A DNA stretch of 64,000 bases from Octopus sinensis (Eukaryota), in the NCBI RefSeq assembly GCF_006345805.1, contig NC_043024.1, positions 7,502,001-7,566,000 on the forward strand, written 5' to 3'. The position numbers and the translations under genes are program-made. Positions 24,796-36,920 of this stretch are shown here, piece after piece (positions within the stretch are counted from its first letter, which is position 1; each line of letters opens with the position of its first letter). A model generated the notes under the pieces. That model saw only the letters and a list, made by a program, of their open reading frames with translations, did not search any database and was not told the DNA's origin.

Positions 24796-26203
24796 AGAGA
24801 GAGTATACATGTATACTAGCTTGTACTTATATTCTCATTTTAATTTTAATTATTTCAACTTATTTTATTTTATTACATTTTAATCTTAAGTAATTACAAT
24901 TATTAACTTATAATTAATTTAATTTTTATTTACTTATATACTATTTTATTGGTAAGTCCTCCACTGATATTATTTAATGCTAAATCCTGTTAATTATTAC
25001 ATTTGTATTTATGTGTCCAGTGAGGGCGCGTGGCTTAGTGGTTAGGGCATTCGGCTCATGATCGTAAGGTTGTGAGTTCGATTCCCGGCGACGCGTTGTG
25101 TCCTTGAGCAAGACACTTTATTTCCTAGCAATCTGGTTAGTCGTTGATCGTATCAGCTGGGACCCTCGTCGTCGTAACCGGCGGAGTCTTTTTTTTTTTT
25201 TATTTATTGTCGCACTGATCGCTTAACCGGTTAATATTTCTATATAAGTAACTATGAATGTTTACACGCACATCACATGTGAAAATATATGGTGTGTATG
25301 TGTATGTCTGTTGTTACACATGAGTATACTTATGGGCATGTAGATGTGAGTGTAATTCTATTAGTTCATTGGTAAGGGTTTTGATAGATAAATATTAGTA
25401 TTATAATAATATTGGATTTATTACGTAGAGATGATATCTATTTATGCTATAAGGAGTTATTTTGTTTATATATCCTAGAATATTAGCGTATTTTGACTTC
25501 TTACAATTAATCTCTTATAATTTAATTATTATAAACTGATGTTAACTTAGTATATGTATATTTCTATGTCTTTTGATAGTCAATCGGAAATGTTTAATCT
25601 ATACTTTATATTTAGCGTATGTTTGAATATAGCATATAGCGGTTAAGTTAGCAGACTTTTAGTTATAAAATACTATGGCTACGAAAAATACGGTGTCATA
25701 TGAATTATGTACCTTATGAAAAATTACATTCTATGTCTTGATATAATTGTATGTATCTTTGCAATTAATGTTTTATGGAAATATGTGAGTGGATCTACTT
25801 AGTCAATACCACGGCCTTGGTGTTGTTTTGGGAGGGCTTGATGTCTGCATGCATGTATGTGCAATCAGTTGGGTTTCTCTGTTTTTCCATGTGTATAGTT
25901 ACGATTATACCTCTTATATTATTCATTTATTTATTTATGATTTGGCTGTGTATGTGGCTATGTATGTGTGTATGTGTATGGGTGTATGTGTGTGTGTATA
26001 CATATAATTATGTATGTATGTGTGTTGGATCTGTGGATGTGCGTGTGCATTTCTTGACTAACTAACCGTAAAATTTCCATTGTGATTCAAATTTAAAACT
26101 ATAAGCCAATCGAATCTATCTAGGAAAATCAATATCAAGCGGACAGATGAATTAGACTTATTGATATGTAGATGTCTGTTTGCTTTACATGGTACAATTA
26201 TGG

Positions 26204-26250
<47 letters not shown>

Positions 26251-26560
26251 ATTAATATTAATTTTTATTGACTTTTTGTATGGTTATACATTTTAATGAA
26301 CTGGATAGTTTTATATATATATGTCTGCTTTAAATTTAAATGTGAGTGTACATGTATTTCCTTGATGTTAGTTATGGAACTAGGAGTCCAATATGGAAAA
26401 TAACTGTGTTTGTTAATGTATACTGATATATTTTGTTTATATTGTATTATTGTATTAATGTGTATATATATGTGTGAGAAATTATGAGTGTCTATGCACA
26501 CATTTTTATATTTTATATTTTTTATATTATATGTAAATTTTTTTCACACTTATATTAAAT

Positions 26561-26671
26561 TCTCTGAAGAGGCTGTGAGACATCCTTGTTAATGTCTCAT
26601 TTATACCTGCTTTATATGGCTAATAGGTTAAATGAGACATACTTGTCTTCATGGCCGAAACAGCTGTCAGA
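26561..26671 (+). ncRNA. Type I hammerhead ribozyme with long stem II
   Basis: TCT-CTGAAGA-GGCTGTGAG...TTCATGGCC-GAAAC-AGCT-GTC-AGA. Inner perfect 12-bp helix 26592-26603/26629-26640, palindromic stem III loop, GUC triplet. Confidence 0.75.
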
Positions 26672-27124
26672 TATGATGTAATTGTATTTTATATTTCTAT
26701 TTCCATGTCTAGTTATATTTGCAATATATTATGTATAATGTTATTGCTGTTATGTAATGGTGTAATAAAGTATTGATTGGGTATTATCTGATGGTTGATG
26801 ATTGATTGATTTAAGTATGTTTCTCCATTTTCTCATTTTGTATATATATATATATATGTACATTTGGTGTGAATGTTTTTATACAGCGCCATGATTTACA
26901 ATCCTGTAAATAATAATAATGGTATTTTTATATAAGCTTCAAGCTTATGGAGATCACCATGCAATGGCTAAGAAAAATAGTCTGGTAAAGGGGTATATAA
27001 ATCCTTCAGTCGAGGCTTATATAAAAATACCATTATATGTATATATATATATGTATGTGTGTGTGTATATATATATATATATGTGTGTGTGTATATATAT
27101 ATACGCATGTATATATATATGTGT

Positions 27125-27245
27125 TTATATAACGGGAAGGTTTACGAAAATAAACAAAAGACGAAGGCAGGTGGAGTAACACCCAAACAAATGTGTTAGT
27201 ATGGGCGCTCAGGAATAGAAATAGAACAAGTCTTTTATGTTTCGA
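27125..27245 (-). mobile_element. Family P1 element, 5'-truncated inside the HHR stem II
   Basis: Reverse complement of the P1 3' part. It stops at ...TCGAAAC and runs into (TA)n. Confidence 0.65.
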
Positions 27246-27485
27246 TATATATATATATAGATATATATATATATATATATATATTTGTATGTATGTTATA
27301 TATGTGTGTGTGTGTGTATATATATATTTGTATGTATGCTCGTATGTGTGTGTGTATATATATATATATATATAAATAAATATATATGTACTATTGGCCT
27401 GACTTGCCAGAAACAATAGCAAAATCTCTCTAAAATCATGCAACAAAATTTGAGGGATGGATGAAAGTGTAAGGGGGTGCAGAAG

Positions 27486-27529
<44 letters not shown>

Positions 27530-27739
27530 AGACATGGGAAGAACAAGGCTAAGAAATATAGAACAGCACTTATCAGAAAGAAGTGTAGAGTGAAGTGTTC
27601 ATACATACATACATACATACATACATATACATACACACACACACATATATATATATACAAATTGAGATAGGGGTTGTATGTGCAACCCACCATGGGAAAA
27701 CATATATCCAATATACTGCTAGTGAAGCACCCAACAAAG

Positions 27740-28085
27740 TTAATACATAAATGTTAAGAACTGGGATATTTTTGTAAGTGTCTCATTTATAACAACATAT
27801 TAACCTATCACATATGGCTAATATGAGCATAATGAGGCACCCTTATCTGCATGGCTGAAACAGCTGTAAGATGTAGTTTATATTTATATTTGTATTTATT
27901 TATATTCACTTATACATACTGTACTTATTGTATCATATTACTCATTGATGTACATTGTTTTGTTCTATATTATGTTTGACCTTAATGTTCATATGTAGCG
28001 GTTTAATAAATTATGTGATTGGGTATTATCTGGTAGTTGATCATTGATTAAGATGTATTTCTCCATTTTCTTATTTTGTATATAT
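27740..28085 (+). mobile_element. Second, degenerate copy of the 26.5-26.85 kb HHR-bearing element
   Basis: Shares GTCTCATTTATA, CATGGC(C/T)GAAACAGCTGT(C/A)AGAT and GATTGGGTATTATCTG...TTTCTCCATTTTCT with 26561-26845. The 5' core half is not recognisable. Confidence 0.55.
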
Positions 28086-28630
28086 ATATATACATACACA
28101 CATATATATGTATATGCCCCAGCATGGCCACAGCTTGTGAGCTGAAACTAGATGAAATAAAATATATATGTATATATATATATATAAATATATACACACA
28201 CACACTGCCACTACCTTCATCCTCATTATCATTTAATGTCTATGTTTCATATGTCCTTTACTTGCTTTAGTCACTGGACCGTGGCCATGTCTGGACACTA
28301 CATAGAAGAGTCTAGCTGAACTAATTGCCCCCCCACACACACACACACCAGGCACATATATATAAAAGAAGTAATTAAGATTCAGTTGAATTAGGTACTT
28401 AAGTTGAATATTTAAAATATTTAAGAGAAATTATACTAATACACCTTGTCTGTTGAAAATCCATATTTCTTGCAGCTGAAGATAGTGCTGTATTTAAATT
28501 GATGTAATGATTACATTGTTCAATTAAACAGAGCTGCTTGATATGGTTGTACTGCATCACTACTTAACATCCTGTTACATATTTTGATTTCATATATATA
28601 TATAATTAAGAGAAATAACCTCTACTAAGT

Positions 28631-28829
28631 AATTCAATAGTGAAAGACTTTATCTATATCATAGAGAAAAATTTAAATATGCTATAATACATATTATTCA
28701 AAAATTCACTAAATTAAATAAACATTAAATAAACATTTATCTAATTTAGTGATTTAAAAAAATAATATTTATTATAGTATATTTTAATTTTTCTCTATGA
28801 TACAGATAAAGTCTTTCACTATTGAATTA
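28631..28829. repeat. AT-rich inverted repeat, MITE-like
   Basis: TAATTCAATAGTGAAAGACTTTATC / GATAAAGTCTTTCACTATTGAATTA. The right arm recurs at about 42700-42796. Confidence 0.8.
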
Positions 28830-29160
28830 TTCACTCAAATTGTTTTGAATTAATCATGCATTATCTTATAGCTTTGAGGTTTCAATGATGTGATTGCTTA
28901 TTTTTAGAATGTCAATGTAGGTTAGGTGTGAGAGGTTAGATATGGCTAGTTCAAATATAAAACATGTAGAATATTTTGTGCCAGATATGGCCGGTTTAAA
29001 CACCAATGGGTTAATTATATATATATATATATATTATATATTTATGAAATTTGATTTGGAATTGCTAAATTGAATTTTTCCCTGTAAGTTTGGAATTATA
29101 TTCCCTACTATTATTATTATATATATATATATATACATACATATATTATATATATATATA

Positions 29161-29340
29161 AGATCGTTAGCCACTACACACATTTTTTTTCTCTCCTTGT
29201 TTTTCTGTGTATCTTTCTGTAGAAGAGCGTAGGCTCGAAACGTAAAGACTTTTTCTATTCCTGAGCGCTATACTAATACATCTGTTTGTTTTGTACACCA
29301 CCTGTCTTCGTCTTCTGTTTTTTTCGTAAACTCTCCCTAT
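29161..29340 (+). mobile_element. Family P1 element with HHR-like motif at 29212-29248
   Basis: TCTTT-CTGTAGA-A-GAGC-GTAG-GCTC-GAAA-CGTA-AAGA. Flanked by (TA)n. Confidence 0.65.
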
Positions 29341-29396
<56 letters not shown>

Positions 29397-30260
29397 TTCC
29401 TGTTTACCAAATTCACTTGCAATGCTTTAGTCTGCTCAAGGTCATATTAGAAAACCAAAGTGCCATGCAGTGGGACTGAACTCACAATCATGTGGTCATT
29501 AAACAAACTTCTTACCACTTTTTCTCTCTCTTACTCCTGTGATTTCGACCAACCCTAACCCGGAGCTTGGAGAAACCAGAGACCATCAAATCCTTATAAC
29601 ATCTTAGTATCTTCTCAGAATTTAGTGATGTTACACAAATGTAAAAATAGCAAAGTGGGTTGTGAGTGACATACTTAAATGCATTGTGAGATAAATGGAT
29701 AGAGAGAGAGAGAGAGAGAGAGAAAGAAAATTAATTAGGTGGTGGAGGTGGTGGTGGTAATTGTCGAGGAGAGGAGTGTAAACTGTTGATAGGGTGACAG
29801 TTGATAATGAGTTAAAGAAGTATAGGATGGGGGTGGGAGTTGGTGGGGGAGAAGAAGATGAGTGTCAACAGGATAGGCAGATGGACAGATAGATTTACAA
29901 GCACACAGATAGACAGATAGATAGATATGGAGAGACAGACAGACAGATAGAGAGATAAATGGATAGACAGATGGATGGATGGATGGATGGATGGTTGTAT
30001 ATATCATCATTATCATCATCATCGTTTCATGTCCGCCTTCCAAGCTGGCATGGGTGGGACAATATATATCTACATATATATAAATATATATATTTTATTT
30101 AAAAGCAGCAGAAATTCAACAAAACCTGTTACTCAGAGTTTTGTTAACTGTCCGATGAACGGACTCTGCTGCTTTTAAATAAAGCATATTACTCTACTCC
30201 TGGTATTTGAGTACTCTTTTTTCCACCTTGTTTCACATTTTTGTGTTTACTCCAGTATAA

Positions 30261-30291
<31 letters not shown>

Positions 30292-30636
30292 GTAAGAAGC
30301 TTGCTTCCCAACCACATGATCCAGGTTCCTCAGGTCAACCAAAGCCTTGTGAATGGATTTGGTAGACGGAAACTGAAAGAAGCCCGTCGTATATATGTAT
30401 ATATATATATATGTGTGTATGTGCGTGTTTGTGTGTCTGTGTTTGTCCCCCTAGCATTGCTTGACAACCGATGCTGGTGTGTTTACGTCGCCATCACTTA
30501 GTGGTTCAGCAAAAGAGACCGATAGAATAAGTACCAGGTTTACAAGGAATAAGTCCTGGGGTCGATTTGCTCGACTAAAGGCGGTGCTCCAGCATGGCCG
30601 CAGTCAAATGACTGAAACAAGTAAAAGAGTAAAGTG

Positions 30637-30668
<32 letters not shown>

Positions 30669-30682
30669 TATATATATATATA

Positions 30683-30737
<55 letters not shown>

Positions 30738-30930
30738 ATATATATATTATATATATATATATATATATGTAGGTCCCGGGTTGATTCGGGGTTAACCACA
30801 GTAAATAAGGTACTCAATACATAGCAGAGTAAAATTAATTTATTATATAGAAGGAGCTTCTACAGACTAGAACTGTTTCATTCAAGAGAAATCTTCAGGA
30901 AGCTAGTTAACAAGAATTGTATTGGCATTT

Positions 30931-30984
<54 letters not shown>

Positions 30985-31283
30985 GATAGATAGATAGATA
31001 GACAGATAAATAGGTAGGTAATAAACAGAAGGTAAGTAGACAGTCAGACAGGCAAACAGGCAGACAGACAGCTAGCCAGGCAGACAAACCAACAGACAGA
31101 CAGACACATGTGTCCAGTTAAACTGTGTGTATATATAACTGAAGGGCAACATTAGAAGTCAGATGTTTTAATTACTACAGAGGATGACGTAATTAATTAC
31201 AATACACATATACGGATACACATACACACAGACACACACTGGTACGTACATGTACACACACAAACAGACACACACATATACAG

Positions 31284-31316
<33 letters not shown>

Positions 31317-32084
31317 GGAAGACATTGAACACTGCCATATTGTGAAATCAAATTATAAAGTTCCCATTCAGCTTGACAGACTGGAATGTTTTAGGAAATA
31401 TGTCAGAGGTGTGTGTGAGAGAGAGAGAGAGAGAGGGGGGAGTGTGAGGAAGAGGGGACAGAGAGGAGAGAGAGAGGGGGAAAGACAGAGATTGGAAGAA
31501 AGGAGAGAAGGAGAGAGAGAGAGAGGGAGAGAGAGAGAGGCGATGCAGAGGAGAAAGAGAGGAGGAGGAGGAGGAGGAAAAGAGAGAGAGAGAGAGAGAA
31601 AGAGGTGACTAATCATCTGATGACAATCAGCCACCACAACAAGCACCTCAGCAGCAGTAGCAGCAGCAGCACCACCACCACCACCACTACCACTACCACC
31701 ACTACCACTACTACTATTTCTATGAGGTCTGAAGTCACCAGTGATAGGTTCTGAATCACGGTAAGTTGCTGCACTAATCTACACAGATCCATGATCAAAT
31801 GGGATTCCATTGGTGACCACCACTTCTTAGTTTTGTATATCTAGGATTACACCTTACAATGTTCACCGTGTCCTTCCTTTTTTTTTATTTTGGGTTTTAA
31901 AAGACTGTGGGTTGGGGTGGTTAATCTGAGGGAGATTTCACAGAAATATGGCATAAATATCCCCAAAGATCCAGGTTTGTGTAATATACAGGTTTCCAAA
32001 GACCCTGGTAAAATGACCCAAGGAACTGCATTTAGACATCCAGCCATCCATCTTCTCTGCCCACTATTCCTGCAAGTGTTGTGT

Positions 32085-32556
32085 GGGTAGAGTCCTTTGG
32101 TGCCTCTTCCATGGGGCCTTATCAGAAGCAGCTTTAGCTTTTATTAAGCTAGACTTAAAAGCAACTACAAATAAGAGTGTGTCGAAGTGTTGTCGGGTCT
32201 TCGCAGTCACAGCCTATCTCCAAAGGTCTCGGTCTTTTGTCATTGCCTCTGTGACGCCCAACGTTCGAAGCTCATGCTTGACCAACTCATCCCATGTCTT
32301 CCTGGATCTACCTCTACCCCGGATTCCTTCAGCTGTTTGGGAGCGGCACTTCACACATCTCTCCTCATCCATCCATAGTACATGACCACACCAGCGCAAA
32401 CGTTTCTCTTGCACGCCACATCTGATGCTTCTTATGTCCAGCATTTCTCTCAGGGTGCTTACACTCTGTCATGTGTGCACACTGACATTACACATCCAGC
32501 GGATCATGCTAGCTTCATTTGTTTCAAGCCTACGCATGTCCTCCGCAGTCACAGCC
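32085..32556 (-). mobile_element. RTE LINE 3' fragment
   Basis: EKRLRWCGHVLWMDEERCVK...GRGRSRKTWDE. Confidence 0.85.
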
Positions 32557-32584
32557 CATATATCTATCTATCTATCTATCTATC

Positions 32585-32663
<79 letters not shown>

Positions 32664-32968
32664 CCGTGATCACTGTGACCGACCAGGTTATCAAATGTTG
32701 CTACACATCGCTGGTCACAATGCGCTTCGCATTATTTTTAGCCTTCAAATGACACCACCCCGCTAGCTAAGCGAGCAGGCCAACAGAAGAAAGAGAGAGA
32801 AAGTTGTGGCGAAAGAGTACAGCTAGGATCGCTACCACCCCCAGTCGGAGCCTCATGGAACTTTAGGTGTTTTCGCTCAATAAACACTCACAATGCCTGA
32901 TCTGGGAATCGAAACCGCAATCCTACAACCATGAGTCTGCTGCCCTAACCACTTGGCCATTGCACCTC

Positions 32969-33011
<43 letters not shown>

Positions 33012-33152
33012 TTATAACTTAGGGTATCTATGAGATACCACCATGCTCAAAATAGCAGCCATGATCTGACTCTAAAGCCACCTTAAGCGTTCATATAGCA
33101 CAAGGAGAGAAGACAAAAAACAAAACAAAACTAGTAAAAAAATTACTGGATA

Positions 33153-33211
33153 ATTCCAGATCCCGGATTTCTGACTTTGCATTTAAAAATGCTTTGCCTC
33201 ATCAGTGGAAT
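33153..33211 (-). ncRNA. Hammerhead-like motif, left arm of foldback
   Basis: ATTCCA-CTGATGA-GGC-AAA-GCATT-loop-AATGC-AAA-GTC-A-GAAA-TCCGGGA-TC-TGGAAT. Stem I 6 bp, AUC triplet, one extra A before G12. Confidence 0.55.
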
Positions 33212-33345
33212 ATACACAGAGAGAAACATAAATACAATATACGAATACTTACATATACGAACGTATACATACATACATTCGTATAAGTAAGTATTCATAT
33301 GTTGTATTTATATATATATATGTATTTATGTTTCTCTCTGTGTAT

Positions 33346-33404
33346 ATTCCACTGATGAGGCAAAGCATTTTTAAATGCAAAGTCAGAAATCCGGGATCTG
33401 TAAT
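33346..33404 (+). ncRNA. Hammerhead-like motif, right arm of foldback
   Basis: Inverted copy of 33153-33211 with one stem I mismatch (TGTAAT). Confidence 0.5.
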
Positions 33405-33547
33405 TATCTAGTAATTTTTTACTAGTTTTGTTTTGTCTTTTTGTTTTCTCTTCTTGTGCTATATAGAAGTTGGTATGTAAAAGCACGTGGCTGGATGTAT
33501 AAAAAACAAAATAGAGTGAAAAAACTACAGAAGATTTGTATTATATA

Positions 33548-34564
33548 GTTAAAAGCTGACCAGAAGAGAATTAATGCATTCGAGCTTTGGTGTTGGAGAA
33601 GACTTTTACGGATTCCATGGACAGCGAGGCTCACCAATGGAGAAGTTCTTAAGCAGATCAGGCCGAAAATGTCGCTAGAAGCTAGGATCACCAAGCATAG
33701 ATTGGCATATTTCGGTCATATTATGCGGAGAAAATCCCTGGAGAAGGACATCATGCTCGGAATGGTCAGTGGCAAGAGAGGAAAAGGCCGACCAATGGAG
33801 AAGTTCTTAAGCAGATCAGGCCGAAAATGTCACTAGAAGCTAGGATCACCATGCATAGATTGGCATATTTCGGTCATATTATGCGGAGAAAATCCCTGGA
33901 GAAGGACATCATGCTCGGAATGGTCAGTGGCAAGAGAGGAAGAGGCCGACCAATGGAGAAGTTCTTAAGCAGATCAGGCCGAAAATGTCATTAGAAGCTA
34001 GGATCACCAAGCATAGATTGGCATATTTCGGTCATATTATGCGGAGAAAATCCCTGGAGAAGGACATCATGCTCGGAATGGTCAGTGGCAAGAGAGGAAG
34101 AGGCCGACCAATGGAGAAGTTCTTAAGCAGATCAGGCCGAAAATGTCACTAGAAGCTAGGATCACCAAGCATAGATTGGCATATTTCGGTCATATTATGC
34201 GGAGAAAATCCCTGGAGAAGGACATCATGCTCGGAATGGTCAGTGGCAAGAGAGGAAGAGGCCGACCAATGGAGAAGTTCTTAAACAGATCAGGCCGAAT
34301 ATGTCACTAGAAGCTAGGATCACCAAGCATAGATTGGCATATTTCGGTCATATTATGCGGAGAAAATCCCTGGAGAAGGACATTACGCTCGGAATGGTCA
34401 GTGGCAAGAGAGGAAGAGGCCGACCAAGAACCCGCTGGCTTGACACCATCAAGAATGATACCGGAATGGACATAGCCAATCTGAAAGAAGCGACCCAGGA
34501 TAAAACTGACTGGAGGACACTGATCCAATGAGTAACCGAGAGTCGATTTTGACTGAGCGGATAA
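33548..34564 (+). mobile_element. RTE (BovB-like) LINE 3' fragment with an internal 5 x 158-bp tandem amplification
   Basis: KRINAFELWCWRRLLRIPWTAR...RLAYFGHIMRRKSLEKDIMLGMVSGKRGRGRP. Unit starts at 33633, 33791, 33949, 34107 and 34265. Confidence 0.9.
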
Positions 34565-35351
34565 ATCTCCCCCTCCCCCTCACCGCTCAGCCACTCACCT
34601 CTGCAGCAGTTCTGTCAATCTCCAGAAGGTAAAGAGGTGTAACAAAGACTGTTTGGCATTTTGTCTGACGCACTAACAATTCTGTCAGCTTATCTCCTTA
34701 TAAGGGCTGAATAATAACAATAAAGAAACCACCAAATATTTTACAAAAATAACTCAAGCCAGACCATTTATATCCTAGCCTCTATCACAAACACAAACAT
34801 TCTGATGGAATAATTATATTTTTGTTTCAATGATAATGATAAGCACCCACCTGGGATAAAGGTCCACCTGTCTGTCTACAAATAGTTAAAAGATATATTA
34901 AAATTGTAATGTTAGGAAAATGTTATAAAAATTTTTTTGTAGAGTGACATTGTTTTTGGAGAAATAACTGGTTCTGCATTTTCTTTCCAAATCTCTCAAA
35001 TCTCTTTATCGTTGTTGTGTCACCTATTTGCTATGGCGTGAGCGACGAGATGACACAACAGCTGGTATGGGTGCCAGTCGTGTGACACCAGCATCTGCCA
35101 TGATTACAATTTCCCTTGGCTTGAAGGATCTTCTTCTCAAGCATGGAATATTGCCAAGAGCCTCAGTCATTTGTCATTACCTACGCATATGTATATATAT
35201 ACAGGTAACACAGAATCCGGTTTAACCTGTTGCATAGCTGGGCTGACCGTGTGTCAGTGGTTAAACTGGTATTCTCATTAGGCTTGTCTGGCGAGGAGGA
35301 CTGCTAGAAACTCAGCAGGACTAAAGACAAGATCTGTCAAAAGGACAATTT

Positions 35352-36021
35352 GGATCTTTTCGGTTTGAACGGCAGTTTTTAAAAATAATTTCCACGTAAC
35401 TAAACACTTTTAAACTTCGTATACTGGTAGAATGTGTTTATAAAACATATTTTTCTCTTGGCTTTATTGAGAAAATTCTATACTTTGTAAGATATTTGTT
35501 GTTTTTTTTTCTTCAATTTCTGCAATTTCAACCAATCAATGATGTGTATTGAGTTAAAAAACATTCTGTGCCATATGAATATGTCCCTCGTTTAAGAAAC
35601 AGATTGGGTTTATTTACATTTCTGAAGAAAAAAGATACCCTTCCTCCCACCCCTAACCCTAACCCTAAAACAGATTGAAATGCAATAAATAGATCAATAC
35701 TCGGGTCATAATTATGGGTGACAATTTCATATGACACCGCTAGAAAAAACTGCCGTTCAAACCGAAAAGATCCGCAATTTCAACCAATCAATGACGTCCA
35801 CTGAGGTAAAAAACATTCAGTGCCGTATGAATATGTCCCTCATTTAAGAAACAGATTGGGTTTATTTACATTTGTGAAGAAAAAAAGATACCCTTCCCTC
35901 CACCCCTAACCCTAACCCTAAAACAGATTGAAATGCAATAGATCGATACTAGGGTCATAATTATGGGCGACAATTTCATATGACATCGCTAGAAAAAACT
36001 GTTGTTCAAACCGAAAAGATC
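35352..36021. mobile_element. MITE with about 28-bp TIRs and (CCCTAA)n, plus partial tandem duplication
   Basis: TIR GGATCTTTTCGGTTTGAACGGCAGTTTT at 35352, inverse ends at 35773 and 36021. Confidence 0.85.
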
Positions 36022-36390
36022 TGAGAGATGGACCTAGTACAGGTTCAATGACTATTTAGCAATAGCACAGGCCCTCAGAAATTCCAGGTTGGTGTCTGGA
36101 ATGCTGGAAGACTACAGGGAATGAGGCATCCCTCAACTTTTGTTAAAGCATATCTCTCAGCAAAGATGCTAGATATGCAGGGAATAGCAGTGAACATTTT
36201 GGGGATGTTTGCTTCTACTTGAGCCTTTGGCACTCCTACATTCCTGAGGCTGCAAACCCATATATATATATTGTTATATTTTGGAATGGTCATTTTGCCA
36301 GTTTAGCCAATAAAAAACACACGCACTATATATTTGGTGTTACTTTGCTTCAGTGTTATTTATTTTTTACATCAATCTTAAACTTATTTC

Positions 36391-36435
36391 GGCCAGAGTT
36401 CTTTCGTCACACTCCTGTGACCGCATCAGTGGTCC
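36391..36435 (-). ncRNA. Hammerhead-like motif (A9C variant), left arm of foldback
   Basis: GGACCA-CTGATGC-G-GTCAC-AGGAGT-GTGAC-GAAA-GAAC-TC-TGGCC. Perfect 5-bp stem II, CUC triplet, core reads CUGAUGC. Confidence 0.45.
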
Positions 36436-36490
36436 TTTGTTTTCTTCTTTCTTAGTAAGGAGAGACACAGATAAGAAAGAAGAAAACAAA

Positions 36491-36535
36491 GGACCACTGA
36501 TGCGGTCACAGGAGTGTGACGAAAGAACTCTGGCC
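36491..36535 (+). ncRNA. Hammerhead-like motif (A9C variant), right arm of foldback
   Basis: Exact inverted copy of 36391-36435. Confidence 0.45.
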
Positions 36536-36711
36536 GAAATAAGATTAAGATTAATCTAACAAATAAATAACACTGAAGCAAAATAACACCACATATATAG
36601 TGCGTGTGTTTTTATTGGCTAAACTGGCAATATGACCATTCCGAAATACAACAATATCTGTTTCAACACACGACTTCACATAAAAAAATCTTGCACAACA
36701 AATATTTAAAC

Positions 36712-36749
<38 letters not shown>

Positions 36750-36755
<6 letters not shown>

Positions 36756-36920
36756 ATCCAAACATGAAAGCACAAAGAAACACAACACGAGGACGTGGAA
36801 CAAATACAGTATTATTGGACGCTCAGGAAAGAAGGAAAGAAGGAGGGTTTAACGTTTTGAGCGGAACTCTTCGTCGGAAACATAGGAGAAGGAAAGATTC
36901 AGAGAAGGGAAGACAGAGGA
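36750..36920 (-). mobile_element. Penelope-like element homologous to 51895-52035, with degenerate HHR at 36847-36881
   Basis: Reverse complement GTTT-CCGACGA-A-GAGT-TCC-GCTC-AAAA-CGTT-AAAC. It shares the downstream tail ending GTTTGGATTAACTATA. Confidence 0.6.

Larger units (their letters stand above)
33093..33464. repeat. Foldback inverted repeat carrying paired HHR-like motifs
   Basis: Arms about 33093-33260 and 33277-33464. Confidence 0.95.
36267..36657. repeat. Foldback inverted repeat carrying paired HHR-like motifs
   Basis: Arms about 36267-36454 and 36472-36657. Confidence 0.95.

Noticed and set aside
28445-28475. 31-nt AG/GT-bounded segment on the minus strand reading CKKYGFSTDK
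   Set aside because: Not a multiple of three, weak donor, and would break the PTTG1IP frame.
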